DNA of 63,113 nucleotides, filler included, from Chiloscyllium plagiosum (lineage: Eukaryota): NCBI RefSeq assembly GCF_004010195.1. It is 3 parts of one record of this genome, joined end to end, with 100 filler letters (N's around TTAATTAATTAA, not from the genome) between each part and the next. Parts side by side here need not be neighbours in the genome. Positions count along the whole stretch, not along the records: positions 24,312 to 47,821 come from NC_057717.1; positions 47,922 to 63,113 come from NC_057717.1; 1 more part is not named here. One strand, given 5' to 3'. Both the position numbers and the translations under genes were made by a program. The number at the start of each line of letters is the position of its first letter. The first letter of the stretch is position 1. Of this stretch, positions 45,425 through 58,197 are shown one piece after another. The notes under the pieces were generated by a model. The model was given only the letters and a program-made list of their open reading frames with translations. It was not told where the DNA came from and did no database searches.

Positions 45425-46022
45425 CTTGTACCGAGGGGTTTCTAACTGGCTCCTGTAATTGAAAATTTAGTGGAGGGGCAGGGGATGTTTTGCTGGATGT
45501 TGTGCTGTACGTTTCCTCAGACATTCAGGGAGACCTGAGGATTTGGCGACCCAACTCTGTATGTAGCCTGGGGACTGTAGGTACAGCATCTGAACCTGGA
45601 ACATGAACAACAAATGGAGCAGAGTCTGCAGAGAGGGGAAGCTCTGAAACCACAGAGTGAGTCTGTGTGTGGGGAAAGTGATCTGCTGTATCCACCCCGG
45701 GTTTTCCAGGAACAGCTTCCCAAGCTCCACTTAACCCAGGAGCAGAGTGTGAGGGGTCCCTGACTGAACAAGGAACTGATCATAGAATGGTGTCACCGCC
45801 TTCAACACGACCTGCAGCTTTACACCAGAGGGAGGATGGTGCTGCCAGTGGCTGTTAGGGTCACTGTTTCATTCAGCTTCTGTGATCCAGAACTTTCCAG
45901 GCAGGACTAGGTGACATTACATCTTGTAATCTCTCTCCATTTCAGTAACATATTACTTTCCCTTATTCCTGTAAATGAAACAACAGGTTATATCATATTA
46001 AATTCAACCTGCCAAACCATTA

Positions 46023-46735
46023 TAGAACATAGAACATAGAAGAATACAGCGCAGTACAGGCCCTTTGGCCCTCGATGTTGCGCCGATCCAAGCCCACCTA
46101 ACCTATACTAACCCACTATCCTCCATATACCTATCCAATGCCCGCTTAAATGCCCATAAAGAGGGAGAGTCCACCACTGCTACTGGCAGGGCATTCCATG
46201 AACTTACGACTCGCTGAGTGAAGAACCTACCCCAACTTCAGTCCTATATCTACCCCCCCTTAATTTAAAGCTATGCCCCCTCGTAATAGCTGACTCCATA
46301 CGTGGAAAAAGGTTCTCATGGTCAACCCTATCTAAACCCCTAATCATCAAGTCACCCCTAAACCTTCTTTACACCATTGAAAACAACCCCAAGTGCCTCA
46401 GCCTTTCCTCATACGAACTTCCTACCATACCAGGCAACATCCTAGTAAACCTCCTCTGCACCCGTTCCAGTGCCACCACATCCTTCCTATAGTATGGCGA
46501 CAAAAACTGCACACAATACTCCAGATGCGGACGCACCAGAGTCTTATACAACTGCAACATGACCTCAGGACTCCGGAACTCAATTCCTCTACCAATAAAA
46601 GCCAGTACGCCATATGCCTCTCTCACCGCACTATTTACCTGGGTGGCAACTTTCAGAGATCTGTGTACATGGACACCAAGATCCCTCTGCTCATCCACAC
46701 TACCAAGTATCCGACCATTAGCCCAGTACCCCATC
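46023..46735 (-). mobile_element. Young 5'-truncated CR1 LINE
   Basis: Nearly intact ORF2 C-terminus YWANGRILGSVDEQRDLGVHVHRSLKVATQV..LERVQRRFTRMLPGM (46369-46734) and an (ATAGAAC)n tail. Confidence 0.9.
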
Positions 46736-46829
46736 TAAAGGCATCGAGAGCATTGATACATACCACATGCTCCTTCTCCAAGGACACCCTGCTTTATCCT
46801 CAATCATAGAATAGCCTTTATCCTCAATC

Positions 46830-47120
46830 ATAGAATAGAATCCCAACAGTGTGGCATGAGAGAATTGACCCATCAAACCCCACCAACCATCCAAAGAGCA
46901 TCCCACCTGGAGCACTCCATCCTTGTACCACTGCATTTCCCATGGCTGATCCACCTATTCTGCACAATCCTGGACACTGTGGACAATTTCGCACAAATGA
47001 CCCACCTAACCCACAAATATTTGAACTGTGCAAGGAAACCAGAGCACCTGGAGGGGGCCCACACAATCATAGGGGAATGTGCAAACTCCACACTGGCTGT
47101 TGACCAAGGCTGGACTCCAA
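46830..47120 (-). mobile_element. Diverged V-SINE
   Basis: Reverse-complement V-domain (GGAATGTGCAAACTCCACAC) and tail. Confidence 0.65.
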
Positions 47121-47821
47121 TTTAAATCAAAACAGATGATCCCTGTGCATTGTCACATTGCTGTTTATTGGAGACATATTGCCCAGAGAGACATCTTGAG
47201 ATTCAGAAAGAGACAATATAAATTCAGTCAACTCCTGCCGAGTTAATGTGATTAACAACAACATCAGTACTCCAACAGTGTCATCAGACCTCGTACCTAC
47301 TCTATCATTTACGATTTTGAAACCATGGGAAGTTTGTTACCAGCTTCGATGACAGCCATAATGCTCTGACCACTTTGAGCCACTGCAAGTCAGTTCTAAT
47401 AGATATCAATAGATTGAATCTAAACAGGATGCCCCACAACAGGAAGTGCTCTGACACTCAATGCCCGTAAGTCAAGGTCATTTTCCTAAAACCACTCACG
47501 TCTGGCAATAACATTGAAGATATTTTATACAGTAACCTTTCAGTCTCAATTGTCAGTTCCAGTCCACGAAGCAGCCAGTAACATGCACCAGTGAATTGAA
47601 TACTAACAGCAGCATTGCCCTGGCAGGAGAGATTGAGGAGCTTGAAGCTGTCTTCTCTGGAGTATCTAAACATGAAACACTTCAAATGAACAAAAATCTT
47701 CAAGAGCTCGAGAGGATAGATACAGGAAGGATGTGCTCCTAGGCTGGTGTGCCTGGAATAAAATAAGCACTAACTACGGTATCTTTAACCAACATTCCCT
47801 TTAGCTGCATAAATGTTTAAG

Positions 47822-47921
47822 NNNNNNNNNNNNNNNNNNNNNNNNNNNNNNNNNNNNNNNNNNNNTTAATTAATTAANNNNNNNNNNNNNNNNNNNNNNN
47901 NNNNNNNNNNNNNNNNNNNNN
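47822..47921. other. 100-bp scaffold join with an artificial TTAATTAATTAA linker
   Basis: N44-TTAATTAATTAA-N44. Confidence 0.97.
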
Positions 47922-49511
47922 TGGGAAATTACTTCGGAATGATGATGCAAGAGATTTTAAAACTATATGGATAGGTTGGGTGAATGGGCCAACATTTGGC
48001 AAGGAACATTAAAGTGAATAAATATGGGGTTATTCAAGTTGGCCAGTATAATAGAAAGACAAATTATTATCTAAATGGAGAGAAAGTTCAAAGTGCTTAG
48101 GGGCATAGGGATCTGGGTGTCTGCTTGCATATCACAGAAAACCTGCCTGCAGGTACTGCAAGTAATGAGAAATGCAAGCATAATTTCAGTGTTTATTTAT
48201 ATAAAGGATAGAGTAGAAAAGTAGGGAGTGTTGGTGTAGCTATGCGAGGCATTAGTGAGGCTGCAACAGGAGTACAGTTTGGGTGTCCTGCAGAATGAGG
48301 TATTTCCATTGGAGGCAATTCAGAAGAGCTTCATTAGATTGATTCCATATTTGAAGTGTTTGTCTTATGAAGAGTAATTGAGCAGTTTAGGCCTATACTC
48401 TCGAGTTTATAAGAATGAAAGGAGATCTCATTGAGGTCTCTAAAATGCTAAAAGTAATTGAATGTGTAGATGTGGAGTGGATTTTGTTTCATGTGTCGCA
48501 ATCTACAACAAGAGACTAGAGTTTTAGGATGGAGAGATGGCAGGAAAGTGGAACAGAGGCAGCGTTGACATCAGCCTCATCGAAGGGTTGGATTCTTCAC
48601 AGATGCTCCTTGTTCTTATTCAACTCTTCGACTGTGTTGCACAGAAATGGGGGAGGACTGGGTATCATTCAAGAAGCAGGCACTCAGGATACATCAGTCT
48701 CAATCAGTTAGAGAGAACGTAACCAAGAAGGTCACACAGTGACCAGCGCTGGGTTCTCAACTATTTACAATCTATATTAATGATCAGGAGGATGGAACAG
48801 ATATACAGATGCTGAGTTTGGTGATGTCGTTGTGGTAAGCAAGAGGTTAAATTATCAAGAGAAGGTGGAGAGTCTGAAAATAGATTCAGAGAGGTAAAGG
48901 CAATAGATAATAGTTTGGTAGGTGGAATTTAATACGATATATCCCGTTGTTTCATTTACAGGAATAAGGAAAAGTAATATGTTACTGACATGGAGATAGA
49001 TTACAAGACGTATTGATGCTGTGTACTGGGCCGTTCACTCAGATCCGTTCAGACATAGGAGGTTTTGCTCCATCCCTGATCGTCTGCTCCCAGACACTCC
49101 AAGTGACCCTATTGCTCTCCGAACACATGGAATACTTTGACGTGCTTGATTGGTGGTGGGGATGGTGTTTTGAAACGTGAATCAAGGGGACGGCCTTTAT
49201 TCACGATATATTCATTTCTTTCTACGTGGAGACCCGATGACAATGGGAATGGCAGACTGCTTCTGAATGAAGAGGCCGTGACTGCTGCCAGGACAGTCGG
49301 TATTCACCAACATGATGTAGTGTGCATGGTCACACTTTAATATTAGTCGAGAGCGAGAGCTCCTTCAGTTCCTCTAACTCTCCCCATTGACATGGGTACT
49401 TCGCAGATGCCATGTACACCATCGGCAATACCATTATACTGGATAAAACGGCAGCTCCCTGCTGTGGGAGAAACAATCTACTTACCTCATCCACCATATA
49501 TATCCTCCATC
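47922..49511 (-). repeat. Gap-bounded contig that is an inverted paralog of 54419-56006
   Basis: Both ends and the interior match by reverse complement with scattered substitutions. ORF 48537(+) corresponds to 55150-55392(-). Confidence 0.93.
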
Positions 49512-50011
49512 NNNNNNNNNNNNNNNNNNNNNNNNNNNNNNNNNNNNNNNNNNNNNNNNNNNNNNNNNNNNNNNNNNNNNNNNNNNNNNNNNNNNNNNNN
49601 NNNNNNNNNNNNNNNNNNNNNNNNNNNNNNNNNNNNNNNNNNNNNNNNNNNNNNNNNNNNNNNNNNNNNNNNNNNNNNNNNNNNNNNNNNNNNNNNNNNN
49701 NNNNNNNNNNNNNNNNNNNNNNNNNNNNNNNNNNNNNNNNNNNNNNNNNNNNNNNNNNNNNNNNNNNNNNNNNNNNNNNNNNNNNNNNNNNNNNNNNNNN
49801 NNNNNNNNNNNNNNNNNNNNNNNNNNNNNNNNNNNNNNNNNNNNNNNNNNNNNNNNNNNNNNNNNNNNNNNNNNNNNNNNNNNNNNNNNNNNNNNNNNNN
49901 NNNNNNNNNNNNNNNNNNNNNNNNNNNNNNNNNNNNNNNNNNNNNNNNNNNNNNNNNNNNNNNNNNNNNNNNNNNNNNNNNNNNNNNNNNNNNNNNNNNN
50001 NNNNNNNNNNN
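49512..50011. other. Assembly gap (500 N)
   Basis: N-run. Confidence 0.99.
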
Positions 50012-50276
50012 CTGTATCTTTCCCTGGCCTTGGGTTTTGGCTCCATAGTGTATCGAGTGCTGGAATTGTGTAGCTCAGACATAATGAAATGGGATGTGTC
50101 AAGCTGTTGTTCCCTTCCCAGTATGTCCGATGTGATAATCCATGAACAGGCGTTTTTCAGAAGTCCTGAGACACATTCCTGTAACTTGGTCTATACCTGT
50201 GTTTGCCCCTCTCAGGTGATCTTGCTATCAGTAACACGAGGAAGCCCCTTCAGTAAAGGACCAGGCATCTAAATTG

Positions 50277-53200
50277 TATGACAATACTGTCACATTTTTG
50301 TTAAAAAGGTTATTTTCTCCTTTTTTTGTAGAAAGCGATCTTAAAGGCCATACTGCCTACTGAAAACGGCTGAATCAAACAACTTATGAGGCTTTTAGTG
50401 ATTTTAATAAATAGTAGTAACAATGGCCCAGCTCGCACAGACAGGTTTTCCAGATTTGTTCTTGTAGATGTAAAAGTTACCAAGTGCTGCGGGTCCTAGA
50501 AGGGTTGGGAGTTTTAGTAAATTATCCCTCTATGCTATGCTCTCTGAAACCTCACTTGATACTGTTTCCTCCTGGATTGGAGAACTGTGTGCAAGAATGC
50601 ATGTCTGAATGGATTGGATTACTTACAGTGTGGAAACAGGCCCTTCGGCTCCACAAGTCCACACCGACCCGCCGAACAGCAACCCACCTAGACCCATTCC
50701 CCTACATTTACCCCTTCACCTAACACTACGGGCAATTTAGCATGGCCAATTCACCTAACCTGCACATTTTTGGACTGTGGGAGGAAACCGGAGCACCCAG
50801 AGCAACCCCACGCGGACACGGGGAGAATGTGCAAACTCCATACAGTCAGCCACCTGAGGTGGGAATTGAACGAGGGTCTCTGGCGCTGGGAGGCAACAGT
50901 GCTAACCACTGTGCCACCATGCCACCCACGGTGCCGCTCTGTGAGGTTAATAAATTGGAACAGTTCATTTGTAGAAGATACTGTATCTATCATTCAGTTA
51001 AGGTTTCCAATCGTTAAGTTATTCTAAATTCCTCTTCATTTTTTATGGATTTTCATTAGAGTGTTAAATATATTGTGTTTTGCATAATGGTGAGTGGTTT
51101 GACTAGTAGCATCACATCTGGAACACCCACTTCCCATTTACCTTTACAATAAGAAAGGTTTGGCATCCAAGCTACCCTCTTAAACTAGTTTGAGGCAGTC
51201 TGGTTGGTCTATAGCAAACTGGGGTCGCTTGTCTGGTTCTAAATCGATAATACCAAATTGGGTCTTGAATTACAATCCCTACAGTGTGCAAACAGGCTAT
51301 TCGACCCAACAAGTCCACACCGACTCTCCGAGGAGTAACCTACCGAAACCCATTCCTCTACCCTATTATTACACATTTACCCCAAGGCAACTAACCCACA
51401 CGTCCTTGAAAACTACGAACAATTTAGCATGACCAATTCACCTGACATGCACATCTTTGAGTTGTAGGAGGAAACCAGACAATCCAGAATAAGCTCATGC
51501 AGACACTGGAGTGTATGCACCAGGAGGCTATTAGGTTTAAAGGTCGCGTATGGTAGTTGTTCGTGTCTTTGGTTCCGGATGTTGAATTCAGTTGGTTTAA
51601 ACAGTGTTTTTGTGTATAAAAATTCTTTCAGTCACTAAGAGTTCTCTGGATGTGGTAGAAGTGAAGTTGGGTTTTCACAAAAGGTAATGAAGGCAAAGAT
51701 GTAGGAATTGACAGACAAGCTGGTGTTGGGGTTGCGTTTGTCTGTGCGAAAATGAGAGATAATTACAGCTAGAGCTCGGCAATTACATTTGGTGGAACCG
51801 CCATCAGACTCTTTGGAAATGGCGAGAATTCAATTTCAAATGAGGCATTTTGAACATGAGAAGGAATTGAAATAGTTTGAATTATGATGAAAATTAGAAA
51901 CAAAAGAAAAGGAAATGAAGAAGGAAGAGAGAAAAGGACAGAAGAAAAGCAGAGAGTTTCAACTTAAACAGTTAGCAATTAGAGAGGAAAGTTGACATAG
52001 AAGGCGGAGATGAAGGTAGACGGTCAGCGGGATGAGGAGGTTAGTGAGGATGAGCAACCCTATGGTAGCCAATGGCCTGATGGGGTTCTGTTTAAATACA
52101 TCCAGGCATTCTCTAAATTTGATGAGAAGGATGGGGAAGCCTTTTGAATTTCATTTGAGAAAGTGGCTAAACGAATGCAGTGGCCAGTAGCCATGTGGAT
52201 TTAGTTGATCCAAACAAAGCTGGTAGATATTTGCATCCCTATCGGAGACAGTACCTGGCCAGTATGTGGTGGTGCAGAAAGCCATCTGAAGTGCATATAA
52301 GCTTGGGCCAGAAGCCGACAGACAGTGTTTCAGGAATCTAAAAAAAGGGTAGCTGCTTAAACGCACATTGAGTTTGAAAGGATCGAACAAAGTAATTTTG
52401 AAAAGTGGGTAAGGGTATTAAAAACAGAGCAAAACTATGACACTCTTAGAGAGATTCTTAATTTGGAGAAATTCAACAATTCACTTCCTGCAGTCTTGAG
52501 AACTCGTGGGGAAGAGCAGAGAGTTACTATGGCAAGATTAGAAGCTGAAATGGCTGATGATGATGATTGGGTTCAGAGATCAATGTTTGTTTTCTGTGAG
52601 AGATTGAGAAGAATGTGCGACATCTTCTTAAAACATATACCTGTGAAAGTAAGGTCAACTGGCATAGGCAAGGAGTTGCAGGTAAAGAGATTACAGCATT
52701 AAAAGGTACAGAAGTATGTCATTCTTTTATGCTGAGACATGAGGAGCTATGTCATTCAGAGGGAGTATTGGAGAGATGAGAAGTGCTCCATTATGTAACG
52801 TCCAGTGGAAACATATACAGATTTATTCCACAAAGGGGAAGGAGGCCTTGAGCCTAGTGTTGGCGTTACAACATTTCAGCATTTCAATTGCGAATAACAT
52901 GCATGAGACAAATCTTTGTCACTGATCGTGACCCCTTAAAGTTTGTGGAGAAGTTTCGGGAGAAAAATACCAGTCTGTTTCGATTGAGCTTATTATTGCT
53001 GCCATTCAGTTTGAAATTATACAGGTGACAGGGCGAGAAAACTTAAGTTTTGACACGTTGTGGAGACTTGGATGAAGAAAGACAAAGGCATTCTGTGGCG
53101 GGAGTAAAATGACTGAAATCGAAACTAGTTGTGAACATTTGTATGCTCACAGTCAATGTAATACATATGCATATCAGTCTACTAATAGAGGAATACTAGG

Positions 53201-53876
53201 AGGTCTAAAATGAATCCACCATTGTATATTGATGGATTATTGTACTAAAGATGGAGTTGTGAGGATGCTATCACTGTAAAAAGGTTATTTTCTCTTGCTC
53301 TTTTTTTTTAAGAGAGCTTTTAAATGCAGAGGTGCAGAACTGCTGTCTGAAAACAGTTTAAGTAAATAACTGAGAAAGCCTTTTGGTTTCATTAAAACAT
53401 TGGTAACAATGGAAGGGCAGTAGCCAGCTCTCCCAGACCAGGTTTTCTCGTTTTGTTTTTAGCTGCAGCATCAAGAAGCAGCTGGGGACCCCAGAAGGGT
53501 GGGAAGTTTCAATACATGATCCCCAGCAGCTTTTCTCTGAGATCTCTGTTGATGTTGTTTCCCCCTGGATTGGAAAACTGCTGTAAGGATCTGTATTTGA
53601 ATATATCTTTGTGCCAAGTGGTGTAAATCAAGAAGGTACGGTATCTATTATTTGTGTAAGTGTTCCAACATATAAGCTATCCCAAAATGTTATTTTCTTT
53701 TATTGTATTTTAACTAAAGCATTTGAATACATTATATTTTGCTTTATGTCGAGTGGTTTGACCAGTTACAACATATCTGTAAGGCACACTTCCCATCTAT
53801 ATTCAAAATAAGGAACGGTTTGGGTCAAAGCAGCCTTCTGGAAATATTTTGCGGGGATCTGGTCTGGTCTACAACA
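50277..53876 (+). mobile_element. Second copy of the deleted Gmr1-like Gypsy element (within segmental duplicate 50012-54366)
   Basis: LTRs at 50277-51216 and 53258-53876. TGGGGTCGCTTGTCTGG at ~51220 resembles a tRNA-Pro primer-binding site (TGGGGGCTCGTCCGGG). Confidence 0.75.
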
Positions 53877-54134
53877 CTTGTACCGAGTGGTTTCTGACTG
53901 GCTCCTGTAATTGAAAAGTTAGTGGAGGGGCAGGGGATGGTTTGCTGGAGGTTGTGCTGTGAGCTGCCTCAGACATTCAGGGAGACCTGAGGATTTGGCG
54001 ACCCAACTCTGTATGTAGTCTGGGGACTGTCGTTACAGCATGTGAGCTGAACAACATGAACAACAAATGTAGCAGAGGCTGCAGAGAGGGGAAGCTCTGA
54101 AACCATACTGTGAGTGTGTGTGGGGAAAGGGATC

Positions 54135-54916
54135 TGCTGTATCCACCCTGGGTTTTCCAGGAACGGCTTCCCAAGCTCCACTTAACCCAGGAGCAGAGTG
54201 TGAGGGGCCCTGACTGAACAGGGAGCTGGTCACAGAGCGGTGTCACCTTCTTCAATAGACCTGCAGCTTCACACCAGGGGGAGGATGGTGCTGCCAGTGG
54301 CTGTTAGGGTCACTGTTTCATACAACTTCTATGATCCAGAACTTTCCAGGCAGGACTAGGTGACATATCCCTCATTTCCCAGTATCTCAATATCTCAACA
54401 TCAATGTCACCATTCGGTGATGGAGGATATATTTGGAGGATGAGGTAAATACATTGTTTCTCCCACAGCAGGGAGCTGCCGTTTTATCCAGTATAATGGG
54501 ATTCCCGATGGTGTGCATGGCATCTGCGAAGTACCCATGTCAATGGGGAACGGTAGAGGAACTGAAGGAGCTCTCGCTCTCGACTAATATTACAGTGTGA
54601 CCATGCACACTACATTATGTTGGTGAATACCGACTGTCCTGGCAGCAGTCACGGCCTCTTCATTCAGAAGCAGTCAGCCATTCCCATTGTCATCGGGTCT
54701 CCACGTAGAAAGAAATGAATATATCTTGAATAAAGGCCGTCCCCTTGATTCACGTTTCAAAACACCATATCCACCACCAATCAAACACGTCAATGTATTC
54801 CATGTGTACGGAGAGCAATGGGGTCACATGGAGTGTCTGGGAGCAGACGATCAGGGATGGAGCAAAACCTCCTATGTCTGAACGGATCTGAGTGAACGCC
54901 CCAGTACACAGCATCA
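54135..54916 (+). pseudogene. Harbinger/PIF (HARBI1-like, DDE_Tnp_4) transposase fossil
   Basis: Frameshifted segments YPPWVFQERL..QEQSVR..LVTERCHLLQ, VLPVAVRVTVSYNF, SRTFQAGLGDISLISQ, GFPMV..THV, CDHAHYIMLVNTDCPGSSHGLFIQKQSAIP, NKGRPL..KTP, EQTI..CLNGS..QY follow HARBI1-family motif order. The 5' part is repeated at ~45690-45915 and the 3' part inverted at ~49015-49511. Confidence 0.75.
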
Positions 54917-54919
54917 ATA

Positions 54920-56420
54920 CGTCTTGTAATCTATCTCCATTTCAGTAACATATTACTTTCCCTTATTCCTGTAAATGAAACAACGGGTTATATCATATTA
55001 AATTCCACCTGCCAAACTATTATCTATTGCTTTTACCTCTCTGAATCTATTTTCAGACTCTCGACCTTCTCTTCATAATTTAACCTCTTGCTTACCACAA
55101 CGACATCACCAAACTCAGCATCTGTATATCCGTTACATCCTCCTGATCATTAATATAGATTATAAATAGTTGAGAACCCAGCGCTGGTCACTGTGTGCCC
55201 TTCTTGGTTACGTTCTCTCGAACTGATTGAGACTGATGTATCCTGAGTGCCTACTCCTGTATGATACCCAGTCCTCCCCCATTCCTGTGCAACACAGTCG
55301 AAGAGTTGAATAAGAACAAGGAGCATCTGTGAGTTATCCAGCCCCTCGATGAGGCTGATGTCAATGCGGCCTCTGTTCCACTTTCCTGCCATCTCTCCAT
55401 CCTAAAACTCTTGTCTCTTGTTGTAGATTGCGACACATGAAACAAAATCCACTCCACATCTGCACTTTCAATTACTTTTAGCATTTTACAGACTTCAATG
55501 AGATCTCCTTTCATTCTTATAAACTCGAGAGTATAGGCCTAAACTGCTCAATTACTCTTCATAAGATAAACACTTCAAATATGGAATCAATCTAATGAAG
55601 CTCTTCTGAATTGCCTCCAATGGAAATACCTCATTCTGCAAGACACCCAAACTGTGCTCCTGTTGCAGCCTCACTCATGCCTCGAATAGCTACACCAACA
55701 CTCCCTACTTTTCTACTCTATCCTTTTTATAAATAAACACTGAAATTATGCTTGCATTTCTCATTACTTGCAGTATGCGCAGGCAGATTTTCTGTGATAT
55801 GCAACAGACACCCAGATCCCTATGCCCCTAAGCACTTTGAACTTTCTCTCCATTTAGATAATAATTTGTCTTTCTATTATACTGGCCAACTTGAATAGCC
55901 CCATATTTATTCACTTTAATTTTCCTTGCCAAATGTTGGCCCATTCACCCAACCTATCCATATAGTTTTAAAATCTCTTGCATCATTATTCCGAAGTAAT
56001 TTCCCACCGATGTGGGCGTCATCTGAAAATGTTGGATCTTATTTTCTATCCCATCACCGAGTACAGTAATACCATCGATCGCAAATGGTTGAGGCATGAG
56101 TACTGAAATCAATGGCACCCCACAAATTGCATTTGCCAAAATAAAATGACACATTTATTCCATTTGACTCCATTTTGTTGGTTAACCGATCCTCCATCCA
56201 AGCTAATAAATTACTCCTAAAACCATGTTGTCTGATCTTACCACTTACTCTTTGGAGAAGCAACATATCCAATGCCTTCAGGAAGACCAGATCAGTTTCA
56301 TCTCCCATGATCCACCTTGTTTGTGCCATCTTCAAATAACTCAAGCAAACACTTCAAACACGATTTAGCGTTCGTAAAACCATGTTGACTTTGACGGATT
56401 GTGGTTTAACTTTGCAAATG
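54920..56420 (-). mobile_element. Decayed CR1 LINE fragments
   Basis: MKGDLIEVCKMLKVI (55251-55514) and VFLKALD..KIRQHGFRSNLLAWMEDRL (56054-56344). Confidence 0.7.
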
Positions 56421-56569
56421 TCCTGAACAATGGACTCTAACAATTAGCCTTAAATTACAATAGTTTATTTTACACTTTAGTCCCTAATGTATACCATTAT
56501 TATAAGTTCTTCCCTTTCAAAAGCCTTTACGTTTTCTTTGAATTCCTATTTAATGGGCACATGTTTTTA

Positions 56570-57310
56570 AGGGATCTGCTCCAGTTGCGGTGTAAGAGCC
56601 ATGTGTGGCTGAATGGACTCATCATCCTGCTGGTGTACAAACTCGATGGGCTGACGTCTTTCTGGTGTTCCCATGTTGTCGTCTCCAAGGCCAGAATGAC
56701 CGCCTCAAGTTGATACTTTAGAGGATTAGGAGATTATGGAAACTTCCTGTTGCTGTGTAACGTTTTGAGGGGCAGATGGGTTTTCTCATACTTCTCCATA
56801 ACAGGTGGATACACTGAACGGTCTCCTCATGTATCCCGGAGATGGGACCGAGGGAGTTATTGGTCTTCTCTTGTTCCCATGTAAAAGACACGTGTCTAAA
56901 TTACCTCTTCCTTTCTCATGAAAGAAGACTCAGATAGTTTTTATCCTTACCCAATTCCCTTGCAATTGGCTCGGTGGGTCTGAATGGCCTCCTGTTATCC
57001 CAGTGTAACAATCTCCAGTCACTGTGTGACCTCTTCCAGTTCCTATGTTACAGACTTGAGGAGGCTGAATGGACTGATCCTGTTGCTGCTTAATAGGATA
57101 CTGGTGCAGCATGGCCTACTGTTATAGGGTCGAGTGGCTGATTGGCCTCCTTCTGTAAATGTATATCAGGCTCCAGAGGCTGAATAACCTCGTCCTGTTT
57201 TGGTGTAACAGGACCGACGACCTGAATATCCTCCTGTTGTTCCTGTGTAACAGGCTGGAGAACGGAATGGATTCCTCCATTATCTGTGTAATTTGCTTCA
57301 CTTGTTGACT
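56570..57310 (+). repeat. Third degenerate 42-bp satellite array
   Basis: Units such as ACAGACTTGAGGAGGCTGAATGGACTGATCCTGTTGCTG and AGGCTCCAGAGGCTGAATAACCTCGTCCTG. Confidence 0.65.
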
Positions 57311-58197
57311 CCTTCTGTCATCTATGTTGAAATAAGATCATTCTTAACTTTTGTAAACTCCAATGGCTACTGGGTCAACCTGATCATCCTTTCGTTATAA
57401 GCTAGCACCTTCATTACAGGAATCTTTTGAGGGAACCATCTCTGAGCTGCTTCCAATATAACAACATCCTTTCTTCATTGAAGAGATTAAATCTGTACAC
57501 ACTATCTAGATGAGATCTCACTAAGACCCTGTACAGCAGCAGCAGCAACACTTTACCAGCCTGCTGTAAGGTTCCCACCCAGGTTAGAGCTGTCTCAGCT
57601 CACTGGGGGTATACAGAGCATTGTTGGAAGATCATTGTCTTTCTCTACGCCATCAGCATAACGGGAGATCTGGATAAATTAAAGTTTGAGAAGATCATAA
57701 ATGATTTGGGGAAATGATCTCTACCATTAATCTCTCCAGAGCCCACGTCGCTCAGATTCCACAGAATCTGGTAAGGTGGAGCAAACATTGATGGGAGTTA
57801 TATATCAAAGTGAACACTGCAATACAAATGCTGGACATGTTATTTAACAGGAAATGAGATATACACATTTGTGAGTACTGCTGTAATAATGTACTGTTTA
57901 AATTATATCTAAACTGTGTTAACCCAATTGAATGCTAATGCTGGGGAAATGGATTTCATGACCACGTGTGAGATGGTTTACATGAACATTATGTCGAGCA
58001 CTGAGCTCGAGCTCAGTGTATTTAGGAATTGGTGTTGAGTGATCAGAAGAGCTAATTGACAATTTAGCCGGAAAGGACATTTTGCGAACAGTGATCACAA
58101 TGTATTGGTTTTCTTTTATGCTGTTTGAGTACACGGCAGTTTTTGTTTTATTTGCAGTAACCGTCATAAATCTGAGTCATGCAAGCCATGAAAGTGT

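Larger units (their letters stand above)
41545..45916 (+). repeat. Segmental duplication copy 1 (paralog of 50012-54366)
   Basis: Colinear near-identical sequence with scattered substitutions and small indels. Duplicated ORFs include 42018 vs 50484 and 43747 vs 52151. Confidence 0.95.
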
